DNA of 32,000 bases from NCBI RefSeq assembly GCF_000011465.1, contig NC_005072.1:1590001-1622000 (forward strand), written 5' to 3'. A model generated the notes under the pieces. The model saw only the letters and a list, made by a program, of their open reading frames with translations, was not told the origin of the DNA and made no database searches. Every line of letters begins with the position of its first letter. Position 1 is the first letter of the stretch. Source of the stretch: Prochlorococcus marinus subsp. pastoris str. CCMP1986. Its GTDB lineage: Bacteria > Cyanobacteriota > Cyanobacteriia > PCC-6307 > Cyanobiaceae. Shown piece by piece: positions 19,631-28,370 of the stretch. The position numbers and the translations under genes are program-made.

Positions 19631-20275
19631 TTGGTAACAGCACTGAATAATAAACTCTTCAAATCACCAAAAATTTTATGGGAAGAGAAAGCTACTGCCT
19701 TTTTAGTTGCAAATGCTTTACCAAAAATATCTGGGGCATGGAAATTAATGTTACTTGGGGATGGCAGTCCAACAAGACATTTACAGCTTTTAACTAATCA
19801 CGAAACAAAAATCAGATTAATATCTATGCAGATAGATCCTCTATTTGAAAAAGAGGGTCCAAGAGAAATCGATCAATTAAAAGAACCCTTAATTAGAAGG
19901 CAAGTTTGGATTAGAAATCAAAACAAGAATCTTGCCTGGGCTGAAAGTTGGTGGAATTCACAACAAGTCAGTCAAAATTTAAAATCAAAAGAAGAACCAA
20001 TCTGGAAAAACTTAACTCAAGATAGATCAGAATTATTTAGAGAAGTGGACAGCATTTCAATAGTTAATTCAAATTGGTTAGAGGAGGAATTTTGTTTTGA
20101 AGGCCCATTTTGGTCAAGAAATTACAGATTTTTTCGTAATAAAAAACCTCTAACTATTATTCGCGAAGTCTTCAATCCTCTTTTAGAAACTTGGTTAGGT
20201 CCATCAGGAATTCAAAATTTCTCTAATCTATATTCTTCTTCGTCTAGACCTCGGAATACTTCTTCCATTATTTGA
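19631..20275 (+). CDS. Chorismate pyruvate-lyase-like protein (UbiC/DUF564 fold)
   Basis: The LLGDGSPTRHLQLLT motif is typical of the chorismate-lyase family, followed by RRQVWI and WAESWW segments. The tracked start is TTG, 6 nt after the mnmG stop. The first in-frame ATG is at 19748, so the start is uncertain. The 3' end overlaps the convergent ORF. Confidence 0.72.
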   Translation: MVTALNNKLFKSPKILWEEKATAFLVANALPKISGAWKLMLLGDGSPTRHLQLLTNHETKIRLISMQIDPLFEKEGPREIDQLKEPLIRRQVWIRNQNKNLAWAESWWNSQQVSQNLKSKEEPIWKNLTQDRSELFREVDSISIVNSNWLEEEFCFEGPFWSRNYRFFRNKKPLTIIREVFNPLLETWLGPSGIQNFSNLYSSSSRPRNTSSII

Positions 20276-20797
20276 AACGCTTTTTGGATTATCTTGATTT
20301 ACATTAATCTCATTGATTTTTTCAGAAGATCTTTGCCATCTATCAACTTTTAAATCTGAATCATCCGGCCATTCATCGAAAGAGTTTGATTTTCCATAAG
20401 GCAACTTCTTTTGTTCGTCCATCTGGATACTTTTAGGTTGCCTTAAAGATAAAGCCTCTAAAGGACGCTTAGAAAATGGTTTCTCAACATCAATAAATTT
20501 AGATCCTCTTGAAAAAGATTTAATATCTTGTGCCTCTTCATAACTATTTTCCTGATCAGACCAATCATCATCTTCTTCTTCAAAAAACATATCCATTTTA
20601 TCGGATACCCATCTTCCGACATTTTTAACATTCCTACGAGATATTACTTGAAAATCAGTACTTCTTTTTTTACCGGGTCTAGAACCTGATACACCATCAA
20701 CAAATTGTCTGCCTGTTTCAAAAATTTTATCAACTTGTTTATCAAGTATTGTTCTATCAAAATTATTTCTAAAGTTTCTAGGTCTGCGAGAATTCAT
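20228..20797 (-). CDS. Hypothetical highly charged, probably disordered protein
   Basis: A 189-codon ORF with an R/K-rich N-terminus, an acidic tract (FFEEEDDDWSD) and an RSRRRRI C-terminus. No enzymatic motif is visible. It is co-oriented with the SprT-like gene. Confidence 0.55.
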   Translation of the reverse strand: MNSRRPRNFRNNFDRTILDKQVDKIFETGRQFVDGVSGSRPGKKRSTDFQVISRRNVKNVGRWVSDKMDMFFEEEDDDWSDQENSYEEAQDIKSFSRGSKFIDVEKPFSKRPLEALSLRQPKSIQMDEQKKLPYGKSNSFDEWPDDSDLKVDRWQRSSEKINEINVNQDNPKSVSNNGRSIPRSRRRRI

Positions 20798-20882
20798 AAA
20801 TTATCTTTGTTTTTAAATATCAAGTTACAACAACATAATAGGAAATTCTAAATAAAGAAACAAAATCACATTTTTCAAATTA

Positions 20883-21416
20883 TCAATCAAACAAAATTAG
20901 ACACTTTTTATTCCAGGATCCATTAAAGAACAAATTACAACATTTCTTACAAGCAATATTTTTAATTCTTTTTCTATACATATATTTCTCCCCACAATTT
21001 AAACATTTGCCTGTATATTTTAATGCCTTTCTTTCAACAGGAAAATTATGTCTAATGCTTATCTGAAAATTATTTTCTGCTTTGTTAATTTCATTCATTT
21101 TACTCAAAAAATTTGGTCCATGTATTTCATTAATATTCAAAATCCTATCTACCCATGCATGAATCATTTCATGACATAAAGTACTGTGAATTTCATTACA
21201 CGATAATTTACTTAAAATTGGCTTTGACAAAATTATTTCAGAATCAATTACTCCTTTAAGTTGTTTACGCTTATAAAAACCTGCAGTTGTCTTTAATCTA
21301 TTATCGCTCCATCTAACCTTTACTAAAGGTTCTCTATTAGTTGTTAAAGATTGATCAAAAAATTGCCTATTAAACTTATGAAATACTGGTAAAAGAGGAA
21401 TTAGAGACATTATCAA
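20883..21416 (-). CDS. SprT-like zinc metalloprotease domain protein with C-terminal zinc ribbon
   Basis: The SprT N-terminal pattern is present (FNRQFFDQSL...VRWSDNRLKTTAGFY). The HExxH motif reads LCHEMIHAW, and the C-terminal Cys cluster reads CLNCGEKY...CKKCC. Confidence 0.85.
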   Translation of the reverse strand: MIMSLIPLLPVFHKFNRQFFDQSLTTNREPLVKVRWSDNRLKTTAGFYKRKQLKGVIDSEIILSKPILSKLSCNEIHSTLCHEMIHAWVDRILNINEIHGPNFLSKMNEINKAENNFQISIRHNFPVERKALKYTGKCLNCGEKYMYRKRIKNIACKKCCNLFFNGSWNKKCLILFD

Positions 21417-21495
21417 TTAAATTTAGTATTATTTTGACAAAAAAAGTCATCAAAGACGATTTATTTTCTTAAAATTAAAGAAAACTAATTACAAA

Positions 21496-21915
21496 ATGGA
21501 TGCATTACTAGTTAAAGATATTGGTGTAAAAGCTTTATTGGTTGGTGGAGCAGTGCTTGTTTCTTTTTGGACCTTCAATGCTGTTAAACTTGTAATAAGC
21601 GCTAGGGGAATTAATCCATTAGTTCGGAAATTTTTTGATCAAGTAGCAGCAGGTAGAATTGACGCTGCATATGGACTAACTACTAAAACTTATAAAACAC
21701 ATGTAAAACGTCAAGACTTTTTAAAATTTTTAGCTGGCTTAAATTTAAATAAGTATAGAAATCTAAAGTCAGGTAGACCAAGAGTTCAAGAAGATCAAAT
21801 CATAATTACTTTAAATTTAAAATCTGAGGATAAGAAAGATGAGCTTCCCTTAGATTTTACTTTTTCAAAAAGTGATAAAGATTGGAAGATAGACAGAATA
21901 GCTAAAGTAAATTAG
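21496..21915 (+). CDS. Small membrane-anchored hypothetical protein (possible NTF2/SnoaL-like ectodomain)
   Basis: One N-terminal TM helix (ALLVGGAVLVSFWTF) is followed by about 100 aa whose start (FFDQVAAGRIDAAYGLTTKTYKTHVKRQDFLKF) resembles DUF4864/NTF2-like small domains. It ends 17 nt before the ligase start. Confidence 0.6.
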   Translation: MDALLVKDIGVKALLVGGAVLVSFWTFNAVKLVISARGINPLVRKFFDQVAAGRIDAAYGLTTKTYKTHVKRQDFLKFLAGLNLNKYRNLKSGRPRVQEDQIIITLNLKSEDKKDELPLDFTFSKSDKDWKIDRIAKVN

Positions 21916-21932
21916 GAAAGGTTCAAAAACTT

Positions 21933-23264
21933 GTGAAACATGAAGAACTTCGGAAAGAAGAAATAATAAAAAAATTAGAATTACACCCAAGCAGACTAGA
22001 TAAAGAAAAAGTCATTTTTGAAGCAATGGAAAATGGGTTGAATGATTTTTTTGAGGGAATAACTATGGCTTTAGATCCTTTAGTAACTTTTGGTGTAAAG
22101 CAAGTACCTGAAAAAAAAGAAGAAACATCTGGTCAAGGATGTAAATGGAGTATTTTTAAAGTATTAACTAATCAATTAATCAAAAGAGAACTTACTGGGC
22201 ATGCCGCTAGAAATGCGATCAATTTAGTTATGAAATCTGCAACTAAAGAACAATGGAACGGATTTTATAGACGAGTATTGATTAAAGATCTTCGTTGTGG
22301 GGTTTCTGAAAAAACAATAAACAAAGTTGCAAAAAAATTTCCAAGGTATTCTATACCTATCTTCTCATGTCCCCTTGCACATGACAGCGCAAACCATGAA
22401 AAGAAAATGATAGGAAAGAAACAAATTGAGATTAAATTAGACGGAGTCAGAGTATTAACAATTATTAGAAAAAATAAAGTAGAAATGTTTTCTCGAAACG
22501 GAAAACAATTTAATAACTTTGGTCATATCATTACAGAAATAGAAAAAGTATTAGAGAAACATCCTGCCCCCTACGATTTAGTCTTAGACGGTGAAGTAAT
22601 GAGTGCTAATTTTCAAGACCTAATGAAGCAAGTACATAGAAAAGATGGCAAACAATCCAAAGATGCAGTTTTACACTTATTTGATTTATGTCCAATTAAA
22701 GATTTCAAGAAGGGTTTATGGGAAAAAGATCAAGCTACTAGAAGTATGTTGGTAAAAGATTGGGTAGCAAAAAATGCAACTCTTTTAAAACATGTCCAAA
22801 CACTTGAATGGGAAAATGTGGATTTAGATACTCCTGAAGGACAAAGTAGATTTGTAGAACTTAACAAATCAGCGGTAGAGGGAGGATATGAAGGCGTGAT
22901 GATTAAAAATCCTCATGGGTGGTATGAATGCAAGAGAACACACAATTGGTTAAAAGCAAAACCATTCATAGAAGTTACCTTAAGAGTTGTAGCAATAGAA
23001 GAAGGGACAGGCAGAAACGAAGGCAGACTTGGAGCAATCCTGGTTGAAGGTAAAGATGATCAATATAATTATCGTCTTAATTGCGGAAGTGGATTTAGTG
23101 ATTCTCAACGTGAAGAATATTGGAGTAAAAAAGATAAACTAATCGGCCAATTGGTAGAAATCAGAGCTGATGCAAGAACTCAATCTCAAGATGCTGAAAC
23201 ATTCAGTCTTAGGTTCCCAAGATTCAAGTGCTTTAGAGGTTTCGAACCAGGTGAAAAAATATAA
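21933..23264 (+). CDS. ATP-dependent DNA ligase, compact stand-alone form
   Basis: Nucleotidyltransferase motifs are present: I EIKLDGVR (Lys168, nt 22434-22436), III LVLDGEVM, IV EGVMIK and V WLKAKP. An OB domain carries motif VI LRFPRF. About 150 aa of helical N-terminal region precede motif I. The tracked start is GTG at 21933; the next in-frame ATG is at 22026. Confidence 0.9.
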   Translation: MKHEELRKEEIIKKLELHPSRLDKEKVIFEAMENGLNDFFEGITMALDPLVTFGVKQVPEKKEETSGQGCKWSIFKVLTNQLIKRELTGHAARNAINLVMKSATKEQWNGFYRRVLIKDLRCGVSEKTINKVAKKFPRYSIPIFSCPLAHDSANHEKKMIGKKQIEIKLDGVRVLTIIRKNKVEMFSRNGKQFNNFGHIITEIEKVLEKHPAPYDLVLDGEVMSANFQDLMKQVHRKDGKQSKDAVLHLFDLCPIKDFKKGLWEKDQATRSMLVKDWVAKNATLLKHVQTLEWENVDLDTPEGQSRFVELNKSAVEGGYEGVMIKNPHGWYECKRTHNWLKAKPFIEVTLRVVAIEEGTGRNEGRLGAILVEGKDDQYNYRLNCGSGFSDSQREEYWSKKDKLIGQLVEIRADARTQSQDAETFSLRFPRFKCFRGFEPGEKI

Positions 23265-23534
23265 TTTCAAGGGAATTAGTTTCATAGCAGTAAATATTTA
23301 AGCTGGCAGTAAATTATGAAAAACTAAAAAAGTAGATAATGAAATACACTATGTAATGATTAATAAATTACTACCTAAAGATATTGATTTTTATGGATAA
23401 CAACAATCTTTTCAAATATATTAAAACCCCTTGCGGTCAATCAAAATATATTGAATTACAATCTAATAAAAGTTTGCTTGGAAAATTAAGACTTTTTTGG
23501 TTTGTAATTATTGCTTCTATAAGAGATTGGAATA

Positions 23535-24146
23535 TTAGAGACTAATTTCTTTTGACTCATTAATATATTCTTTAGCGTACTTTGCTGAAAAATAAACAAC
23601 CAACAAAGTAGAAACCACACTTATAATTGTTATAAATAAATTATTTGTTGGCTGTAAATTTTTTAATTCCTGCAAGCTTTTTGCCAAGCTGCCTATAGAA
23701 CAATAAAGAAATGTTCCAGGAATGATTCCTAAAAGACCAAGAGCAAAGTTTCTAAATTTAATATTATTTAACCCATAAAAATAATTAAGAATACTAAAAG
23801 GGAAGAGGGGAGAAAGTCGTGCTAAGAGGATTAATTTAAGACCACCTTTTTGCACTACTTGTTCCATAAGACTTAATCTGGGAAAACGATTAATAACTTT
23901 TTTAAGCTTTATTGATAAAAAACTTTTTGAAATAAAGAATGCTCCTGAAGCTCCAATAACTGCCGCAAAAAAAACTATAATTGAACCGAGATAAGAACCA
24001 TATAAAAAACCAGATAATAAAGATAACCAAGAGGCAGGAAGAATTAATAAAACAATTAAAATATATAAAAGGATGAAAGCAAAAATGCCAATATTTGTAT
24101 TAAAAAAATAGGCTAAGTTATAGATATTTTCAAAAATAAGAGTCAT
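23535..24146 (-). CDS. DedA / TVP38-TMEM64 (SNARE-associated) family membrane protein
   Basis: A polytopic membrane protein with the family pattern LLILPASWLSLLSGFLYG and LILLARLSPLFPF. The length is 203 aa. The start codon lies 1 nt downstream of the valS stop. Confidence 0.82.
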   Translation of the reverse strand: MTLIFENIYNLAYFFNTNIGIFAFILLYILIVLLILPASWLSLLSGFLYGSYLGSIIVFFAAVIGASGAFFISKSFLSIKLKKVINRFPRLSLMEQVVQKGGLKLILLARLSPLFPFSILNYFYGLNNIKFRNFALGLLGIIPGTFLYCSIGSLAKSLQELKNLQPTNNLFITIISVVSTLLVVYFSAKYAKEYINESKEISL

Positions 24147-24147
24147 A

Positions 24148-26910
24148 TCATTTTAATAATTTAAGTTTTTTATTTATTATTTCCGATTGCAAATTTCCTT
24201 CCTTCAACTTGGCAAAACATTCATCAACAATCTCTTTAGGAGCTTTGTCTATAAAGTTTTTGTTAGATATTCTCTTATTTAATGTTTCTATATCTGAATT
24301 AACTTTTTTCAGGTCCTTGGTAAGTCTATCCTTCAAAGCTTCCAGATTTACAAAATCATTAAAGGGTAAATAGACTTCTAAATCACCAATAATTCCAGAA
24401 AAGGATTGAGCAAAATTATTTTTATCGATATCCTTAGATTTACAAATAATAACTTCAGATGACTTAGTAAAAGTTTTAATATCAACTATTAAAGTTTTCA
24501 AGAAGTTAGTTAATTCAACATTATCTGAAATTAAGTAGACAGGAACCAGTTGAGATGGCTTAAGTCCTAACTCAACCCTAAGATTTCTAATCAATCTAAT
24601 TATTTCAAAGAGCTCATGAAAGGATTTATCTATTTGAGAATTTATATATTTTTTTTCTAATACAGGCCATTTCTGAAGAGATAACAAAATTTGTTCAGGT
24701 TTAATTTGCAATTTATGCCAAAGTTCTTCAGTGATATGCGGCATAAAGGGATGCATCATAACCAACACATCAGTTAGTACTTTGATTAATATTTTTTCAG
24801 ATATTTTTCTGTTATGGGTTTCTTTATTATTAAATTTTTGTTTTGCAAATTCAACATACCAATCACAAAAGTCATTCCATGCAAATTCATATAATAATTT
24901 TGCAGATTCGCCTAATTTATATTCAATTAAAAGATTAGATACTTTTGTATTCAACTGATTTAATTTTGATAAAATCCACTTATCAGATAATTCTAAATTT
25001 TTTTCATCACTCTCATTTAAAGAACAGTTTTCAGAAAAAGTTTTATTTATTAAAACAAATTTAGTAGCATTCCAAAGTTTATTTGCAAAATTCCTTGATG
25101 CTTCAACTGTTGAAGAAGTATTTTCTTTCCTATCATAATCAAGCCTTATATCCTGACCAGCGCCAGCGACTTCACGAAGTAAAGCAAATCGCAAAGCATC
25201 AGAACCATATTTATCAATCAAAAGCAAAGGATCAATTCCGTTACCTGAACTTTTACTCATTTTTTTATTATTTTCATCTCGAACTAAACCATGAATATAA
25301 ACATCTTTAAATGGAATATTATTCGTAAAAGTTTTCCCCATCATTGTCATTCTTGCAACCCAAAAGAAAATAATATCGAAACCAGTAATTAAAACACTAT
25401 TTGGATACCATTTTTTAAAATCTGCATCATTGATATTAGGCCACCCCAATGTAGAAAAAGGCCATAAACCACTTGAAAACCAAGTATCTAAAACGTCCTT
25501 ATCACGTATAAGTTGCAAATTAGACCCAAATTCTTTAGTAGCTTTGCTTAATGCTTCTTTCTCATTTCTGGCGACAACATATGGAGTATTTTGATCTATT
25601 GAGTCTTCTGATTGTTTTAATACATACCATGCAGGAATTTGATGTCCCCACCATAATTGTCTACTAATACACCAATCATTGATATTATCTAGCCAATCTT
25701 TATAAACTTTCTCCCAACGCTGAGGAATAAAGGTAGGCTTTTTAGAATCAAGTTCTTTTAGACAACTTGAAGAAATATTGTCCATTTTCAAAAACCACTG
25801 GGTTGACAATAATGGCTCAATTGGCACTTTACCTCTATCAGAAAAAGGTACTGTATTTTTATAGTTTTCTATTTTAGTTAATAAACCTAAAGTATCTAAT
25901 TCCTTTATGATTTTTTTTCTAGCATCAAATCTATCTAAATCCTGAAACTTTCCTGCATTAATATTAAGAGTTCCATCTTTATTCATTATATTGATTTGCT
26001 TTAAATTATTCCTTTTGCCGATAGCAAAATCATTAGGATCATGAGCTGGGGTAACCTTTACACAACCTGTACCAAAATCCTTATCAACATGTATGTCAGA
26101 TATAACAGGTATTTCTCTATCAACAAAAGGTACTTTCACTTTTTTATCAATATATTTTTTATATCTTTCATCGTTTGGATTTACAGCTAAAGCGGTATCT
26201 CCCAATAAGGTTTCAGGTCGAGTTGTTGCGACCTCTAAATATTTATCTAAGATTTGACCCTGATCAGAAATTAGTGGATATTTAAAATGCCATAAGTATC
26301 CATTAACCTCCTGCATTTCAACTTCAAGATCACTAACTGCTGATTGAGATGCTGGACACCAATTAACTAAATATTCACCTCTATAAATTAGTTTTTTCTC
26401 ATGCAAAATATTAAATGCTTCAACAACTGCTTCATTCAATTTTTCATCTAAAGTAAATCGTTCCCTTTCCCAGTCTACGGAATACCCAATCCTCTTTAAT
26501 TGGGATATTATTTTACCCCCACTTTGCTCTTTCCAAATCCATGCTCTTTTTAAAAATTCCTCTCTGCCAATATCTTCGCTATTTTTACCCTCAGTTTTTA
26601 ATTGTTTTTCAAGAATAGTTTGAACGGCTATTGAAGCATGATCGGTACCAGGTAAACATAAAACATTTTTACCAAGAAGTCTTTGAAATCGAATAATCAC
26701 GTCTATCAATGCAGTATTGAAAGCATGGCCCATATGCAAAGACCCTGTTACATTTGGCGGCGGAATAACTATACAAAAAGGATCCCCGTTATCACTAGGA
26801 TTAGGACTAAATGCTCTTAAACTATCCCATCGCTTTTGCCATTTTTGTTCTACCTGTGAAGGCAGATAATTATTTAATGTAAGTTCATCATTCGACTCAT
26901 TCATTTGCAA
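24148..26910 (-). CDS. valS: Valyl-tRNA synthetase
   Basis: The class I HIGH motif (PPPNVTGSLHMGHA) and KMSKS are present, with an editing-domain insertion and a C-terminal coiled coil. The length is 920 aa. Confidence 0.97.
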   Translation of the reverse strand: MQMNESNDELTLNNYLPSQVEQKWQKRWDSLRAFSPNPSDNGDPFCIVIPPPNVTGSLHMGHAFNTALIDVIIRFQRLLGKNVLCLPGTDHASIAVQTILEKQLKTEGKNSEDIGREEFLKRAWIWKEQSGGKIISQLKRIGYSVDWERERFTLDEKLNEAVVEAFNILHEKKLIYRGEYLVNWCPASQSAVSDLEVEMQEVNGYLWHFKYPLISDQGQILDKYLEVATTRPETLLGDTALAVNPNDERYKKYIDKKVKVPFVDREIPVISDIHVDKDFGTGCVKVTPAHDPNDFAIGKRNNLKQINIMNKDGTLNINAGKFQDLDRFDARKKIIKELDTLGLLTKIENYKNTVPFSDRGKVPIEPLLSTQWFLKMDNISSSCLKELDSKKPTFIPQRWEKVYKDWLDNINDWCISRQLWWGHQIPAWYVLKQSEDSIDQNTPYVVARNEKEALSKATKEFGSNLQLIRDKDVLDTWFSSGLWPFSTLGWPNINDADFKKWYPNSVLITGFDIIFFWVARMTMMGKTFTNNIPFKDVYIHGLVRDENNKKMSKSSGNGIDPLLLIDKYGSDALRFALLREVAGAGQDIRLDYDRKENTSSTVEASRNFANKLWNATKFVLINKTFSENCSLNESDEKNLELSDKWILSKLNQLNTKVSNLLIEYKLGESAKLLYEFAWNDFCDWYVEFAKQKFNNKETHNRKISEKILIKVLTDVLVMMHPFMPHITEELWHKLQIKPEQILLSLQKWPVLEKKYINSQIDKSFHELFEIIRLIRNLRVELGLKPSQLVPVYLISDNVELTNFLKTLIVDIKTFTKSSEVIICKSKDIDKNNFAQSFSGIIGDLEVYLPFNDFVNLEALKDRLTKDLKKVNSDIETLNKRISNKNFIDKAPKEIVDECFAKLKEGNLQSEIINKKLKLLK

Positions 26911-26996
26911 TAGTTATTTCATTAGCTTTTTACTTATTTTATATTGATAGGAGCAAATAATAATAAAAAATATCAGTTTGCAAAATATATGTAAAA

Positions 26997-27329
26997 CTAC
27001 AAGAGTTTAAAACCAGAACCACAAGCACACCTCTTGGCATTTTTAGGAGTTGAGATAAGAAAACCTCCACCACTTAAATCACTGTAATAATCAAGTTTTA
27101 AATCTTTTAACAAGGAGAACTTTTTAGTATCAGCATATAAAGTTATGCCTTCAGTTCTGGATATTGGAGATCCATTAAATGTACCTGGTTTTAATTTAAT
27201 ATGCATCCAACCTTCTTCATCACTAATTAAAGCAATGGACATTTCACCCGGCGATCCTCCAAAAGATGCTTGCCTTGAAAGCTCTGATGCTGCAGTTTGA
27301 CTGATTGAAAGATTAACGATCTCAGTCAT
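26997..27329 (-). CDS. HesB/IscA-like (A-type Fe-S carrier fold) protein with only the C-terminal CxC pair
   Basis: A 110-aa protein with an N-terminal LSISQTAASEL helix and a C-terminal KRCACGSGF that matches the IscA CGCGxSF signature. No Cys occurs elsewhere in the protein. Confidence 0.72.
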   Translation of the reverse strand: MTEIVNLSISQTAASELSRQASFGGSPGEMSIALISDEEGWMHIKLKPGTFNGSPISRTEGITLYADTKKFSLLKDLKLDYYSDLSGGGFLISTPKNAKRCACGSGFKLL

Positions 27330-27345
27330 TGTTATAAAAAGAAAA

Positions 27346-27417
<72 letters not shown>

Positions 27418-27515
27418 TATAATTATCCATTCTAGTAGATGAAGTTGAAAATTTTATAATTAGTCTTTAAAAATTTCATGATTAAGTCAAAATTGAATAA
27501 ATAAGATACAGTTTT

Positions 27516-28370
27516 ATGAACTTAAACAATGGATATAACAATCAGAAAGATAGTGATCAAAACACTTTAGAGAGTTTCAAGATTTTAATATCAAATATTA
27601 AATATTTAAAAGATAAAACATGGGGCTGCCCATGGCAAAAAATACAGTCACATAAATCCTTGATCCCATTTTTAAATGAAGAAAGTAGTGAATTGATTGA
27701 TGCAATATATGAAAAAAACGCGAATAATATTTGTGAAGAATTAGGGGATCTCCTATTACAAATAATGCTTCATTCGGAAATTGGCTTTGAAGAAAAAGAA
27801 TTTGAATTAAAAGATGTTATTGAAAATTTAAATAAAAAAATTATTAATAGACATCCCTATATTTTTAAAAAAAAAGAAAAAGTATCATTAAAAAAGTCAC
27901 AAGAAATTTGGAGAAATATTAAAAATTCTGAAAATAAGACGTTCTATAAGAAATCATCAATTAGTAGACAATTAAATTCAAAAGTAAAAAGTTTACCTGC
28001 TACTATAGGTTCAAACCAGATTACTAATACTGTTAAAGAATACGGTTTTAAATGGGAAAGTAGTAATAAGATTTTTGATAAATTAGATGAAGAAATATGC
28101 GAATTAAAAGAAGCAATAAAAAGTAAAAAGGCACATGAAATCAAAGATGAATTTGGAGATGTTTACTTTACTTTGATAAGTCTTTCAAACTTTCTAAAAA
28201 TAAATCCAGAATCATCTCTTCAAAAAACTAATAAAAAATTTTTAGACAGATTTGCAATAATGGAAGATCAGGTAGGAGATAATATTAGAAAACAAAACCC
28301 AAAAGATTTTCAGCGGCTTTGGGAAGTTGCTAAAAAAACACTAATGAGAGAAAAATTGAAAAAAAAATGA
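27516..28370 (+). CDS. mazG: Nucleoside triphosphate pyrophosphohydrolase, two-domain MazG
   Basis: Two MazG EExGD-type motifs are present, EELGDLLLQIMLH and DEFGDVYFTLISL. GCPWQK occurs near the N-terminus. The length is 284 aa. Confidence 0.9.
   Translation: MNLNNGYNNQKDSDQNTLESFKILISNIKYLKDKTWGCPWQKIQSHKSLIPFLNEESSELIDAIYEKNANNICEELGDLLLQIMLHSEIGFEEKEFELKDVIENLNKKIINRHPYIFKKKEKVSLKKSQEIWRNIKNSENKTFYKKSSISRQLNSKVKSLPATIGSNQITNTVKEYGFKWESSNKIFDKLDEEICELKEAIKSKKAHEIKDEFGDVYFTLISLSNFLKINPESSLQKTNKKFLDRFAIMEDQVGDNIRKQNPKDFQRLWEVAKKTLMREKLKKK

Noticed and set aside
23241-23251. An 11-nt identity (ttcgaaccagg) between the last codons of the ligase gene and the T-arm of tRNA-Val at 27360-27370, in direct orientation. 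This could be read as att-like island borders.
   Set aside because: The match is only 11 nt. The intervening segment carries essential core genes (valS). No integrase or other mobile gene is present. Chance similarity is the simplest explanation.
27418-27449. A promoter for tRNA-Val on the minus strand: TTCAAC (rc of 27444-27449), a 17-nt spacer, then ATAATT (rc of 27421-27426).
   Set aside because: The predicted transcription start would fall inside the mature tRNA, about 3 nt past its 5' end. The geometry therefore does not work as drawn, and the real promoter cannot be fixed by eye.
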